Shown: positions 1 to 13,436 of the stretch, piece after piece
Layout: every line of letters begins with the position of its first letter
Numbering within the stretch: position 1 is the first letter of the stretch
Assembly (NCBI GenBank): GCA_003344405.1
Contig: NOWV01000167.1
Location: forward strand, 1 to 64,000
DNA: 64,000 nt
Reading direction: 5' to 3'
Source: Trichoplax sp. H2
Lineage: Eukaryota
Program-made: the position numbers and the translations under genes
Notes under the pieces: model-generated
What the model was told of the DNA's origin: nothing
The model's database searches: none
What the model saw: only the letters and a program-made list of their open reading frames with translations

Positions 1-515
1 TAATAATTATTTAAGAATAACACGATAGACTAGAATTTGGCCAATCTGTAAGAAGATTGTAACATGATATCCTTATTTCGCGTATTATCATTAACTATCA
101 GTAAATTCGAGCGTATACCGAAAGTTGAAAGTTCTGTTATAGTAGCATTATGATATTTATGCCATTACTTATACTCTTAAACTTTAATTAGTGAATAGGT
201 AGCATAAATACTGCCTATGTTAATAATTGGATGCAGAGATTTCATAGGAAGGTTATTACAAGGTTGTAGTAGTCAATGATGGAAATTATGTCGAGTTTCC
301 GATATTTAAGTCCAACCACAATAGTAAGAGAGGGCAATATGACAGTATTAAAACTTACAAGTAGTAATACTAATAAGATTAATAATTATAATTTGGCATT
401 TTCAAAAGAAGCCTTTTGTAATGTTATTCAACAGGTATTAAACAAACGAGGATATTTCGGTAATTTTTTCTATTTATAAATCAATTTACGATAGCAGATG
501 TTCTAATTACACAGA

Positions 516-1066
516 TGTCACAATTTCACTTCTGCGACAAGGTAACGTACAGTAAAAGTTTATAAGTAGCTACTGACTTAAACGCCCTTTTACTTAACGT
601 TAAACACACACAGCAAAAGACTGTAAAGATGAAGCTTTTATTAGCAAAGATACATCTACAACTTTTTACCACCCTCTCAACTCAAATATTCCCGTTTATA
701 TAGGAACCGTCTAATTTGTAAACAACAACATTATTATTATTATACCTTACTAGGAGAATCATCTCGAACTAAGATGCTCCTTACATAGCTTTTCTATCAG
801 TAAATATTTTAAATCTCTTACTCATACTTAATCTTAATCTAAGCTCGTAGGTTGTCTAATTAAACTATCATCAGCTAGAACTTGAATCATCCTACTGCTA
901 TCTATCACACAATAACAATCAATATCAAATATATAATGAACTATTACAAACAACATCCACGTTAAGGCATTACTTATCTTACCTAGCACTACAAATATGG
1001 ATATTCTCCATACTAGCTACTACTGTACTTATTAAACTATCCTAATGACAAGGCAACATCGTAACA
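516..1066. mobile_element. Solo LTR-like insertion (551 bp)
   Basis: Begins TGTCACA and ends GTAACA. Flanked by 5-bp direct repeat ACAGA (511-515, 1067-1071). The empty site with a single ACAGA is present in the duplicate at about 13947-13951. Confidence 0.85.
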
Positions 1067-1122
1067 ACAGAAAATATAGGTATCGCTAGTATTCGGAAGA
1101 CATCGGATCGTTTAAACGTCAT

Positions 1123-2052
1123 TGTGACGGAGCTCGCTCCGAAATGAATAATATTTTGATCTAATACGTGTAATAATGGTTATTATGGAGGTTGCCGATC
1201 TCGACAATAACCTAGTTCTTAATTATCGTAGTAATATACAGCGTAGATATTGTGTTAGCAATTAAAATGTCAAGCTGTGAAGATTATTATGTTAGTTAAT
1301 AAGGTGCTAATTAATAATCTTAATTAGTGGCAAGTATTAAGTAGCACTCACTCGATCTAGTCGGATCTATAGAAAGCCTGTATTGCATAGTATATAATTT
1401 AATGTGAAAGATTAGCACCGGACTTATTTGTGTGACACATGAAACTGTATATAAGCTTGATTATTACTTTTTAATCTCAGTTCCACTGAGGCTAACGTAG
1501 AGTACACTAGTGTAATAATATCTTCTTTAAGTAGCGTAAAGTATTTTAAGGTAGACGATGATAGAAGGTATAAAGGATTTTATTGAGATACAAGTTATAG
1601 GCTAACAATGATATAGTTGTTATAGATAAGGTATTTGAGATAGCAGGAACGTAGGAACTAACTAACGAGTTAGCTTACAAGGGTATTTATAGGTTTTAGA
1701 TGAGATTGAGATAATGTCTTTATATGTATAGCATGTCGTCCATATGTCGTCATGATGTCGTATGTTATGAATGTAATGCAATACAGTACTTAAATGGTAT
1801 ATGATAAGTATTCGTATATTAGGATATTACTATGCTAGGCATCTTCTATATAAGATCATAATGTTACAACTAGTACAAGCGTAAACGGGCTAGTAATAAA
1901 GATATTTATTAACCTAAACCTATCGTTTGGCTCGATTACTATAGTATAGGAATAAGTTAGTTTTCCCTTACTGAGGACCTCCGGAGTTAGTCGGAGAACC
2001 ATAAGAATAGATAGACTAGTTTAGGTACGATCACGAAAGCTGTTTTGTGACA
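1123..2052. mobile_element. Solo LTR-like insertion (930 bp)
   Basis: TGTGAC...GTGACA ends with 5-bp TSD GTCAT (1118-1122, 2053-2057). Empty site AAACGTCATTATATC lies at about 13994-14008. The reverse-complement end TGTCACAA matches the start of the 516 element. Confidence 0.85.
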
Positions 2053-2513
2053 GTCATTATATCATATGCACGTATGCATCATTATTAGTGGTTTAAAGTA
2101 TATTAAAAATCTACAATATTATAATAGAGACGAATGCAGCCTTATCTGATCATTGACCTATACATATTCATGGTCAAGTTATTGGAAAAATAATAAAAAT
2201 ATAGTTATGCAGTATTAATTGCATTTACCTTGCTATAATAGAATCAGAATTAGATAGATAGTAGGGAGACAGATAATGCAATTTATTAATGATAATTATA
2301 CATGTATAATTGGCAATTACGGTATGCAAGATCAGGTAATTACTAATAGGAAGATATTTGCTTAATATAACTTATTACAACTCCTTGCATCCACGACAAT
2401 CAAATTACAGTTTATACTCTTGAAGTAGCTAACCTTTATCTGGTTGCAATTCTAGCCTTCATTCATTTACAACAGTCCGACATTAAATTTAGTCCAATAT
2501 CTTTGATTAAATC

Positions 2514-4785
2514 ATGGCCATGTTTTCGTCTACAATACTCAACAGTTTGTTCCACGTATCTCGAAGTGCAGTTACATACTCTTCTTCCAACTTAATTCGT
2601 CGCCCATATTGGCCATCTCTTAAGCTATATTATTCGATATAAGTTGAAAATCGAGTTCAAGATAAACTAATATCTGTAACATGGGACGATGGTAAAACTA
2701 CAAATTATCCCCATATCTATCTTCGCGATAATTGTTGTTGTTCGTCTTGCTTCGATCCTCAAACTCAACAACGTTCTATCTCGAATGCTGTATATCACAA
2801 CTATGCTAATGCAACAATAAAGACAGCCCGAGTAGACGATAAAAACGATAAATTATACTTAGAATGGATAAACGATGGCGAACATACAACTAGTAATTTT
2901 GAATTAGATTGGTTAAAAGCTCATCGATCTATCACTTATGATGATATTGAAGTTAATCCAGTTACCAAACAGCTATGGGGTAGCGAAATGAAAAACAATT
3001 TACCACAATTCGATTATAATAAAATATTAAATGACGATTCAGAATTACATCGATGGGTGCGTTGTATGTTAAAAGTAGGCATTTCATTGCTCGTCGGTTT
3101 GCCAGAAGACATCGGTCAAGTCAAAAAGTTCGTCAATAGGGTAGCATATCTTCGCAGGACATGCTATGGGTAGGCATAATAAACATGAATTACTTGTAAT
3201 TCATATAAAATAAATGATGTTAGTTTTCTCAGTGATCTCGAAAATAAATTCACGTCTAAACATTTTTATCTTAATCGTCAATACGATATGACAATCTCTT
3301 TACTAAATTCCAAAAGTGTGCGTGCAGATTAAAATCTAATGCTGATATATTTTTTATCTATAAAAGTAGATACAGTTAATTGATTAATTCTGCTTATTCA
3401 ATTTATAGATCTACGTTCAAAATACATACTGATAAAGGTGATGATCTAACGACTATTGCCTATAAAAATGGAGGACTAGCTATGCACACTGATCTTGTGT
3501 ATTATGAAAGCGTTCCAGGGGTAATATCAGATTACCTGCAATAATTGTTTCCATATTCGTTAACGTACTATGAATATTAAAATAATATTAACGAAATCAA
3601 GTAGTATCAGAATTTCTTTCAAGACTGATTTCTGATCTTAGTAGATATACTACTGTAGAAGCTGTTGTGAGTAAAAGTATGAGAAATTTTTCCAGTATCC
3701 ATTTAAGCAAATAATCTAACAGTTTTACTTGTCAGCTTATACAGTAATGTGTACTGCACTCACCTTGATTAAGTATGTCTTAAACGACGTAGTCCTATTA
3801 TAGCAAATATGTTATTTGATTTTATAATGATTCGAAGTAAGTAGAAATTGAAGTTAAATTTGTATCTGCATGTGTGTAAGATAATTGTTGTTAACCCATC
3901 TAACGCGTGTGTGAAATTTAGAAAAGTTATTGCAGAATTCTAATATAAATATCGTCAATAATTAATTCTTAATATTAGCGACAAGATCTCTGTTTACCAA
4001 AAAATTTCGTTATTAACTAAATAGATTATCGCAGATTCTTGTCTGAACTAAGAAAATATTATTATGGATTTTTATAAATTAGATCCTTTTACTGCACTGT
4101 TTAAGACCAGCTAAACAGGGAGGTGAAAATCAAGTCGCTGACGGATTCAAGGCTGCTGAACAATTAAAGGCCAGTCATCCTGAATATTTTGATATACTTA
4201 CAAAATATGCCATCCGATATCAAGATGAAGGAACAGATGTCGGTCTTTCCAATTTCAATCAGATAGCTTATCATCCCGTTATAAGGTATCAACATTAAAT
4301 TATGCAATTACTAAATTATTATCCCATAGTTGTCTGTATTGTATACTTATTATAGGCTAAGTTATGTCGAGATAAACAATTTTACTTTGAATGATTTCTA
4401 ATGCATTAAAATGGCCATATTATACCAAATTTATCAATTAATTTTTTCTATATTATGTAGATTGAACTATAATGGAGACATCAAACAGATTGCCTATGCT
4501 GATCATGCACGATGCTCAAAACTAATTGCACCTAGTGATAAAGTTTTAAGCTTTTATAACGCTATGACTCAGTTTCTGCAATACGCATACGATCCCGCTA
4601 ATATGGTGCAATTTAAGTTACAATCTGGATGTATGATAGCCCTTGATAATTATCGAATCATGCATGGTAGAACAGGTTTCGAAGAATCTGCGGACAGCAT
4701 TCGGTTTATTGAAGGTGGATATGTCGATTGGGATGAAGCACTGTCTCGAATGCGCGTGATAGAGAAAGAACTCGCAATTAATTAA
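2514..4785 (+). pseudogene. BBOX1: BBOX1-like gamma-butyrobetaine dioxygenase copy A, single nonsense codon; exons 2514-3169, 3409-3520, 4083-4285, 4461-4785
   Basis: Motifs LRDNCCCSSC (Zn site), AMHTD, LLHC, GGENQVADGF, DNYRIMHGR and GGYVDWD; GT-AG introns in phase. In-frame TAA at 2640-2642 where paralogs have CAA (Gln). Confidence 0.85.
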
Positions 4786-5944
4786 ACTTATCCAACCGTT
4801 TACTTTAATCTGTTAACTTTGATAGATGCTTGTAGATTCGACATACTATCAAATTTAAAGTGTAGTACAATGAGCTATTTGCCTATTTCCTTGCTTTTGA
4901 AACTTTGATGTGCTGAAAAGCTTACTGTATGACTGCTGGTAACTTCATAGAAGATTTACTTTTGATATTAATGGAAACAAGTGTTTCATTTTATCTTATC
5001 GTATTTTCTAGTATAAATGTAGCTCATTACAGTAAGCATACAGTACTTCTTCAATACAATTCAAATAACTAATGGCAAATTCAACTGGTACTAAGGTAAC
5101 TTTGACGTCAAAGCTGAATATGATACAAATCCGAGTTTTAAATTAGATTTATAGGGTTAATTAGCTACAGAATGAAACTGAATTGTGAACTTTTTTAAAT
5201 AGAATATTATCGAATAAGGGTATTTTAACAAGTACATTCTTAATTTCTCTGTTGGTGTTACTTATAATAAACAAATTATTTCTTCTACATTGTGATGCAA
5301 TTGTGTAACAATTGTGATATTGTTCAAGGGTAGTCCAGATTAGGTCGGTAACTAATATCAGTATGACATGATAAAAATTTTGACCTGGGTAAGATTAGTT
5401 ACTGACTTAAAATATAAGCTCAGTGCTGAATTATATTAATGTTATCATGGCTAATTACCCGACGGTTATCTCCAATTTGTATTTAAAACAGGTTATAGCA
5501 AAAGCTAATCTATAGCTATTTACACTATACTCCAAACCTAGTAAGGCATACTACAAACTTGCTGCATAGTGCCATACTCATAATTCATTATCAATCAATA
5601 TTGTAACGGAATTGGACATTTTTACTAAGATCTATTGTACGGTATACATTTAAGATAAATGCAAATTAATGACTACGGTATATTGTTAATTATAAATATC
5701 GATCATCAGGAGCTTATGTACGTACGTATATTGAATAAAATTGTTTTATATATATTCAATCTAATTTGTTTTTCTTCACATTGATTGATCATCTTGTTTA
5801 ATCATCTGGGCCGCCATTACTATAATAAAAGTGTTAAAATTTCTTCAGTTAGTAGATTTAGTTGTTTTATCAGATTTCATTCGTTTTGTACCCAATTTGT
5901 ATTAGAATTTTCTCTTGTAAGTAAAACGAGATTCTTTTAATAGC

Positions 5945-6270
5945 ACTGAAACAATAAGGACAGCGAAAGAGGAAAAAATTGATGAATAAACGATGGAGAA
6001 CTTACGACAATTGCCGGTATAAGTAGATGCTACAATTATCGGTGTGTTGAATAGATCGCATATATGTGTTTAAAAGTGACAATAATTGGCATACTTCTGA
6101 TTTATATTTTTATTTGGCAATCTCATTTTTTTAGCTATCAATTGTCTCTAATAAATTATGTAGTGTATTCCCTGTGGAAATCTATTCTAGGTTATACTCT
6201 TATCGGCTTATTATTTTTTCATTACCTGATACGGTTACTTATTAGGGATAGCAAAATTAAAATATTAATT
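5945..6270 (+). pseudogene. Heavily decayed BBOX exon-1 remnant
   Basis: AACAATAAGGACAGC and ATAAACGATGGAGAACTTAC match exon 1 of copy A (AACAATAAAGACAGC; ATAAACGATGGCGAACATAC). Similarity is patchy only. Confidence 0.45.
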
Positions 6271-7399
6271 CATTGGACAGGGCCATGTAACCATCTACAT
6301 CATTAGAAGAAGTGAATTGATATATACTTGATACATTACTGTTTATTGTAGTATACGAGTATATGGATTTATATTTGAAGTTTAGCTTACTGCCATTGTG
6401 CGATAAAGTTGAGAAGAAACCAATAGCTTTTATGAGAATTTTTTAATATTTTTACCATATCTGTATAGCACTTATTAACCCTTACAGTAAAACCTGGAAT
6501 ACTATTAAAAACTGGATACAAAATAAATTAATCCAATTAAGCAACGAAACCTACTAACTGAAAATTTTTAAATTTAGAAAACTTTATTACAGTAATAGCG
6601 ACGCAGATGACTAACGGCATAATCACTATATCACGCTAAAGAAAATAAATCCTGAATGAATGAATATAGCATTATTACTGATTGCTATCACCTCCTATTA
6701 CCTTATTACATGATTCTATGTATTCTGATCGGTTGGTGTACGGTACTAGTTCTGTTATATATCAGATCAATATACGCCTGGGTAGACAAGACTTTGGGAG
6801 AATTAATAAAGGTAGATATTGATGTGGAAGCATAGCTGCTAGTCTCATTCCAGTTATCTGAGAGTTTTAACCCATTTATACGCTATCAATCTATTATACG
6901 TATATAGAACAATTTTATTCGCATTATAAGCAAAAGTTCGTCGTGTACGCTACAAATACGCTACATAACAGTACTCTCTTGACAAAAGCTAGAGTACAGT
7001 GTTGTATCTGCTTGAAGTTGCTAGTGCCAACTACTACTTTCGTCTTGGCCGAGTGTTACCCTTCTTGATTGCTATCATGAAGACAAACGTCACAACTTTG
7101 AGCTACTTTAACTTTTACTGCAAAATAATACGTTCTATACTGTTGCTACTCGTATAAACTGTAAACATGATCTATAACGAAGAATCATTCCCAATTACAA
7201 GCTAATCTCACAAATGTATCAGTCTAGCCTATACAGCATAGGTATAAATGCACCACGAAGTTTAATCTACTCTACTATCACGGCACTTAATTGCATGGTG
7301 ACAATTGTTGACACTAATTTGCAATTAATCTTTAATGTATAGGCGAGATCATTTAGTTTATTAGTTTTAATAACTAGACTCTTTTAATTTTAGTCTTAT

Positions 7400-8469
7400 A
7401 GCTGAACACCCGATTGTTCCGTAATTGCATTGCCTAATAATGAATTACGAGATAAGTAACTAAGTTATTGAATCTATTTGAAGAATAAGTTGCAAGTTTA
7501 AAATCACGATCTTATTATTATCTTATTATTATTATTATTAGTATTAGAGCATGAATACAATTTAAAAACTTAAGCTATTCGAAATATTGCAATATATACT
7601 TTTATTATTAAATCAAATGTATCAACCAATATTATTACAATGTTGAGTTATTCCGCTTTGGCTAACTGAAATTATCAGAAAAATATGTTATAAATTTATA
7701 GGATATGATTACAATAGAAAAATTTAAAAGTGATGTAACACGTGTAAAGGTGTCACGGCATCATTCACCATACTGAGTTAGATTAATTAATTAACTATTT
7801 TCATTTATTAGAAATTGAGATGTTTATATGGCAGTGGATTGTGTTGCGGTGTTTGTTAGTAGGGTAATAAATCATAGTTGAGAAATCTCCTGTGTGAGGT
7901 TCAGAGTAAATAACAAATATCTGAGAAAGTATATAAAGCCTTAGATAATGTCATGTATATGGAGAGATATAGAATAAACTGTATTAATAGTTGGTTATCT
8001 TAGTAAAATTCTTTGTCTCATTTACTGGTGTAAACGGTTAAGCCAGGATCGACCACAGAAGCGTAGTTTCTAACCTCACGAAGTTAGTGATCCTTGACGG
8101 AAAAATAATTCTAGGAATCGCTGATTTAGTGTGAGGGCTTAACCGTACTTAGTAAAAGGTTTATGTAGTTTTAATAGAGAAGATTCAGTATCACAAACGT
8201 GGTTGCGACAAAAGGTTGCACTGTATTAATGTTCTACTATGAATCTACATAAAGACATAGATTATCATACAGTTTAAGACGCAACCTGGAATCTTGATTT
8301 CTATCGATAATTTTCGTGTCTTGCATGATAGGACAGCTTTTGATGTGTCTCCAGATAATTTCAGGCATTCAGAAAGTGTGCATATTGATTAGTATGCAGC
8401 AACATCTTACATGAGAGTATTGGAGAAGCAGCTTGACATAAAGTAAATTATAAAACTCCTAACATTTAG
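7400..8469 (+). pseudogene. Truncated BBOX paralog: end of exon 3, intron 3 and internally deleted exon 4
   Basis: Aligns by eye to 11988-12701 including the intron. Contains DNFRVLHDRTAF and ends CCTAACATTTAG. Has stop codons, a deletion and an LTR insertion. Confidence 0.85.
7751..8210. mobile_element. Solo LTR-like insertion (460 bp) in BBOX remnant intron
   Basis: TGTCAC...GCGACA ends with TSD AAAGG (7746-7750, 8211-8215). Absent from the homologous intron at about 12300-12330. Confidence 0.85.
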
Positions 8470-8519
8470 TTTATCAGTTTTAATGACCAGAATAGTGTGT
8501 TGAGTAAGCATTAATAAAT

Positions 8520-8930
8520 CCATGCAACTTGCGAGATTTGCAGATTGGATAGCATATCTTCGCAAGACATGTTATGAATAAGTCAAGCTAAATATGACCA
8601 TTCGTGATTAATTAAGTAGTATTATTAGTCTATAGTAAATGATGATAGAGTTACAATTCTTCTGAAAGTAAAATTACGCCTAAAATATCCATTTAACCGC
8701 TAAATACGGCGATATGTATAGCAACTCATGGATAAATTTTAAATCTACGAATACACGCAATTTTCGATCTCCAAATCAAAGGTATTATTAACTACCTAAT
8801 TTATCCATTACGTTTATAGCTCATCATTTTAAGTGCATACCAAAGGCGACGATGTTACAACTATTGCCTACAAAAGTAGAGAACTAGCTATGCATAATGA
8901 TCAGGTGTATTACGCTAACTTTCCAGAATA
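8520..8930 (+). pseudogene. BBOX remnant: end of exon 1, intron 1 and exon 2
   Basis: AGCATATCTTCGCAAGACATGTTAT and AAAGGCGACGATGTTACAACTATTGCCTACAAA...GCTATGCATAATGAT match copy A 3143-3520. Both splice donors are mutated and HTD has become HND. Confidence 0.75.
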
Positions 8931-10238
8931 ATAACAAATTATATTAATAATTGCTATCATTTTCGTTTAACTAATACGGAACTAATTGAATAATATTTGA
9001 GCACCGATTCAAACAATAATTTCTACGCCATATTTATTATTTAATTAAAATACTTCACTCCTGTAGATATGTAATTCTTAAGTAATGTAATTTTAACACA
9101 GTAAATAAGTTACTTAATCAAGATTTAAAGTAGATTTTAAAATCTAACTATACCATTGTATGCTAAAATCGAGGGGTTGTAGTAAATCTACTTATAATAA
9201 AGTTTTTTCATACAGTGATGGAGCTATTTAGATTCCTACATCCTCGTATAACGTACTGGTACTGCGTGTACTGTAAGATACTAAAGTGTTATTGCAAGAT
9301 TTTACCAGGGATATGATCAATTAATTTTAACATTAACATTAAGATCTTCCAGTTTATCACATGCCACTGTTAACTGTAATCGATTATAGTAGAATAATGC
9401 CTGATCAATACTATTATGGACTTTATAAATTAGATGGTTCTGCAACATTGCATTCGAGCGGTCAAATAAGGATGCGATCGTCAATGCATCACATAAAATA
9501 CTGTACACTGTTTCATCATGGCAGCCATCACCTACAATTACTCTATTAAGTGCAGTGGAATACTCTACAGGAAGTCACATCACGCTTTACTTTATGTTAC
9601 AATTACCTTTTTAAAGCTTATCACTATTGTAATTATCTGAAATTAATAAAATTGATATGGACAGTGGGTACTTGCACCGTACTGAAAATCTATATTCTAA
9701 TATTACTACTGCTAATAATTATATAACGAAATTTATAAGCAAATGCATTCGGTAACAAAAGTAAGAATAGCGAGAACAGAGTCCGACTCAGCTGTGTACC
9801 GGTATCCTCATAGGAATACAACTTATCATTTATTGGCGACAAAGCACGGCTAAGTGTGTAAGGTCAGCTATATACGAATCCATATCCGTAGTACCCCAAC
9901 TACTTTAATTAAGCATACAGAATATATTGTGTGGACAATAAAGTTACTAAATTATATTGTTTATGAATCACATTGCATCTAATTATGTATTGTAGATATA
10001 GTCTTTACAAACAATAATTTACTTTGTGGATAAGCAACATAATTCATGACAATCATTACAATCCCACTTTTTCTGTAAATTATTAAAAACACGGATGTCA
10101 AGTAAAAGTCGTTCTTCTATATTTCACTTTTCGCTATCAGTTAGTCTCGTCAACATTCTAACTCTTTGTTTATTACAAGATTAATAGTTGTATCGAGTAC
10201 TCACACTTCGATATCAAAGATTAACGTAAGTAATTATC

Positions 10239-12701
10239 ATGGTCTCTTTCTCAGTAATTAACAGTCTGCTGTCTCGACGTGCGGTTAAATATTCCTCTTC
10301 GATCGTACTTCGACGCCCATATTGGTTATCGTCTAAATTGTATTATTCTATACAAGTCGAAAATCGAGTTCAAGATAAGTTAGTATCTGTAAAGTGGGGT
10401 GATGGTAAAATTACAGATTATCCTCATGTTTATCTTCGCGATAATTGTTGATGTCCGCCTTGTTTCGATCCTCAAGCGCAACAACGTATCATCTCGAATC
10501 CTATCTATCATAACTACGCTAATGCAACAGTAAAGACAGCTTGTATGAACGAGAATAAGGATAAATTACATCTAGAATGGATAAACGACGGCGAGCATAC
10601 GTCTAGTGTGTTTGAATTAGATTGGTTAAAAGCTCATCGATTTACTGGGGATGACGAAAAGGATGTACATCCAATTAAAAGACAGTTATGGGGTAGCGAA
10701 ATACAACACGACATACCGCAATTCGATTTTGATCGGATCTTAAACGATAAATCAGAATTGTATGGATGGCTACGATGTGTAATGGAAAGGGGTATTGCGC
10801 TAATAGTCGGCTTACCTAAAAGAGTCGGTCAAGTAGAGAAAGTTGCAGCAAAAATAGGTCATCTTCGCGAAACGGTTTATGGGTAAGAATGAATACAACT
10901 AGCGTTATCTATATAGTATAAAATTGACAAAAGAAGATTCTGTTTACTTCTATACGCTGTATTATTATAAAATTCGCATTTGCTGTGTTACAAATAGCAT
11001 GCTATTTTTCATTTTAATGCTCAACACATTTTCGTAGTTCATAATATAGCTACCTACGTATACGTAATACGTATGTATTTGATAAATTACTAAACCGTAT
11101 CATTCCAATCTTTAGATACACCTTTCATAACCAAAGTAAAGGTGACCAAGCAACAACTCTTGCCTATAGAAGCGGGGGGCTAGCATTGCATACTGATTAT
11201 ACCTATTACGACAACATTCCTGGGGTAACCATAATTTATAAAGAATTCTTACTTTTTGCCTGCCTTGATAATACGAATGTGAATATTAGTTTCTCTACAT
11301 TCTTTATCAATATTACGCTAGAATTATTCTTGAATCAATAAACTTATCTGTAAGAGACAGATTTGAGCATGATTTATTAGAGTGAGTACAGTAGAAAATG
11401 CACGAAAATTTAAACGTATTTGTGTTTAAATCAAGTAATAGCGAAACTTGACCTAAGCGATATCGCATTCCACGCCTATGTTAGAAAAAAAATTATTGAT
11501 ATTCGCATACAGGCATTATTTAGTGCTTTTGCAGAATTGATCTGACATCGTACTCTGTATATGTGGTGGCGTCATAATGACTGATATTTTATTTACGCTT
11601 TCAAGATAAAATCACGTAAAAATCATGTAATAACTAATTAAGAATTGAACTACTAAGTGACTATACTCTTAATTAGAAAAGGAATTAATATCAGCTTCTT
11701 AACTTGTAAATCGACTTATAGCTTAGTTATTGATTAATTACTGATAGGTATATCGACTAACTTGTATCTTGCTAGCGTTAACTAGCTATTTATTGATTTG
11801 TATGAAATAGATATTCATGCTCCATTGTATAACAGCAGCTAATGAAGGAGGCGAGAGCCAATTTACGGATGGATTTAAAGCTGTTGAGCAATTGAGGGCC
11901 AGCCATCCTAAATATTTTAAAACGTTGACAGAATTTTCTGTTCATCACAAAGATATTGGTACTGACTCTTATAATTTTAATCTTATGGCTAAACACCCAA
12001 TTATCCGGTAATTGCATTGTCTAACAATGAATCATGATATAAGGAACTAGTTATTGAATTAACTTGATAAATAAGTTGCAAGTTTAAAATTATGATCTTT
12101 CTGTACTAGTGCCTAAATACGATATTAAAACTTAAGCTATTCGATATATCACAAAGTATATTTTATTCTTAAATCAGATTTATTAGCCAATAGTATTGCA
12201 CAGCTGAGTTATTCTGCTTTGGCTCACTGAAATTATCTAGAATATTTTATAAAAGTAACTTATTGGATATGATTATAATAGAAAAGTTTAAAAGTGATCT
12301 AATACGTATAAAGATTATATTGTATTAATATTCTGCTATGAATCTACATAAATATATAGATTAAATGAAAATGGAGACCTTAACAAATTTGTTATGCTGA
12401 TCATGCTCGAACTTCAAGAATAGATGTGCCTCATTATAAATTGACAGACTTTTATAATGCTATGACGCAATTTTTAAGATATGCTTACAGTCCGGCTAAT
12501 ATTATACAATTTAAGCTACAACCTGGAACCTTGGTTTCTGTCGATAATTTTCGTGTTTTGCATGGTAGAACGGCTTTTAATGTGTCTCCAGATAATTTTA
12601 GGCATACTGAAGGTGGACACGCTGATTGGGATGGAGCAACATCTTGTATGAGAGTACTAGAGAAAGAACTTAACATAGATTATAGAAGTCCTAACATTTA
12701 G
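10239..12701 (+). pseudogene. BBOX1: BBOX1-like copy B, disabled; exons 10239-10882, 11116-11224, 11811-12007, 12360-12701
   Basis: Full exon set with ALHTDY and DNFRVLHGR. In-frame TGA at 10449-10451 and a 1-nt deletion at about 12382 (CTTAACAAATTTGT vs expected CTT AAA CAA ATT TGT) that shifts the frame. Confidence 0.85.
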
Positions 12702-13436
12702 TTTGTTAGCTTTAATAGCTAGAATAGAGTGTTGTTTGGGTATTAATAACTCTATATGGATTCTAACTTAATATTATAAGATTATTCATGATTTCTTGCT
12801 ATTTAAAACTTTTAAATCCTAGGTTGTCAAGTATATTTTATCGATCGGAAGTAGATTTTTAGTAAAATTTTTTATTAAAATATCTGGTTTAGCTTAACGC
12901 ATACGTTATGTACTTATTACGATAAGCACGGTTTAATTCAACGGTATCGGCTATTTGCTAACATTAATAGTTATATGATTGGTATAATCTCTAAGTTATA
13001 TATGTTTGTCAGCGCTACTAGATTTACTTTATTTTTCTATCGAGGTATGCAACACATTTTTGTTATAATAGCAGATGATGTTTGAAACCGTTTTACTAAT
13101 TAATAGTAATTTCGGTGTTATTAGGCAATGTATGTTTTTTCTATCGTCAGTTCACTATATCTATCAGATTTGTTGAATGCTTCTATACGATGTAGAAATA
13201 CACGATTGACTGTGATGATATTTTTGTTATTAATAAAATTATATAAACTAGATAGATTAATTGCATTATATTCCTACGCTTCGTTCGGAGTTAATTCGAA
13301 TCTAAGATAAATCAAAGCAACTTCTATGATTTGATTATATGCTTTATTTATTATTTATATAATACATCGCATTCGTAAGAATTTATACAATTATTGCTGT
13401 AGCATTAATCGGAAAATTATAGAAAGAAAATTAATT

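Larger units (their letters stand above)
1..2395. repeat. Segmental duplication copy A (intergenic, upstream of BBOX copy A); partner at 13437-14344
   Basis: 1-515 is nearly identical to 13437-13951 (offset 13436). After removing the insertions at 516-1066 and 1123-2052, the match continues to about 2395/14344. Confidence 0.95.

Noticed and set aside
276-479. 67-aa ORF repeated at 13712-13960
   Set aside because: Conservation only reflects the recent duplication; the copies differ by a frameshift and show no recognisable domain.
6628-7315. Possible further solo LTR (also about 45786-46220)
   Set aside because: Composition is suggestive, but I found no consistent TG...CA ends with a TSD.
2640-10451. 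Alternative genetic code (TAA=Gln, TGA=Cys) to explain the BBOX stops
   Set aside because: Other genes in the window end normally at TAA/TAG and have no internal stops; both codons are explained by single C>T transitions.
12702-12900. Possible SECIS downstream of BBOX copy B
   Set aside because: ATGA and AAA are present, but I could not see a matching GA quartet or stem.
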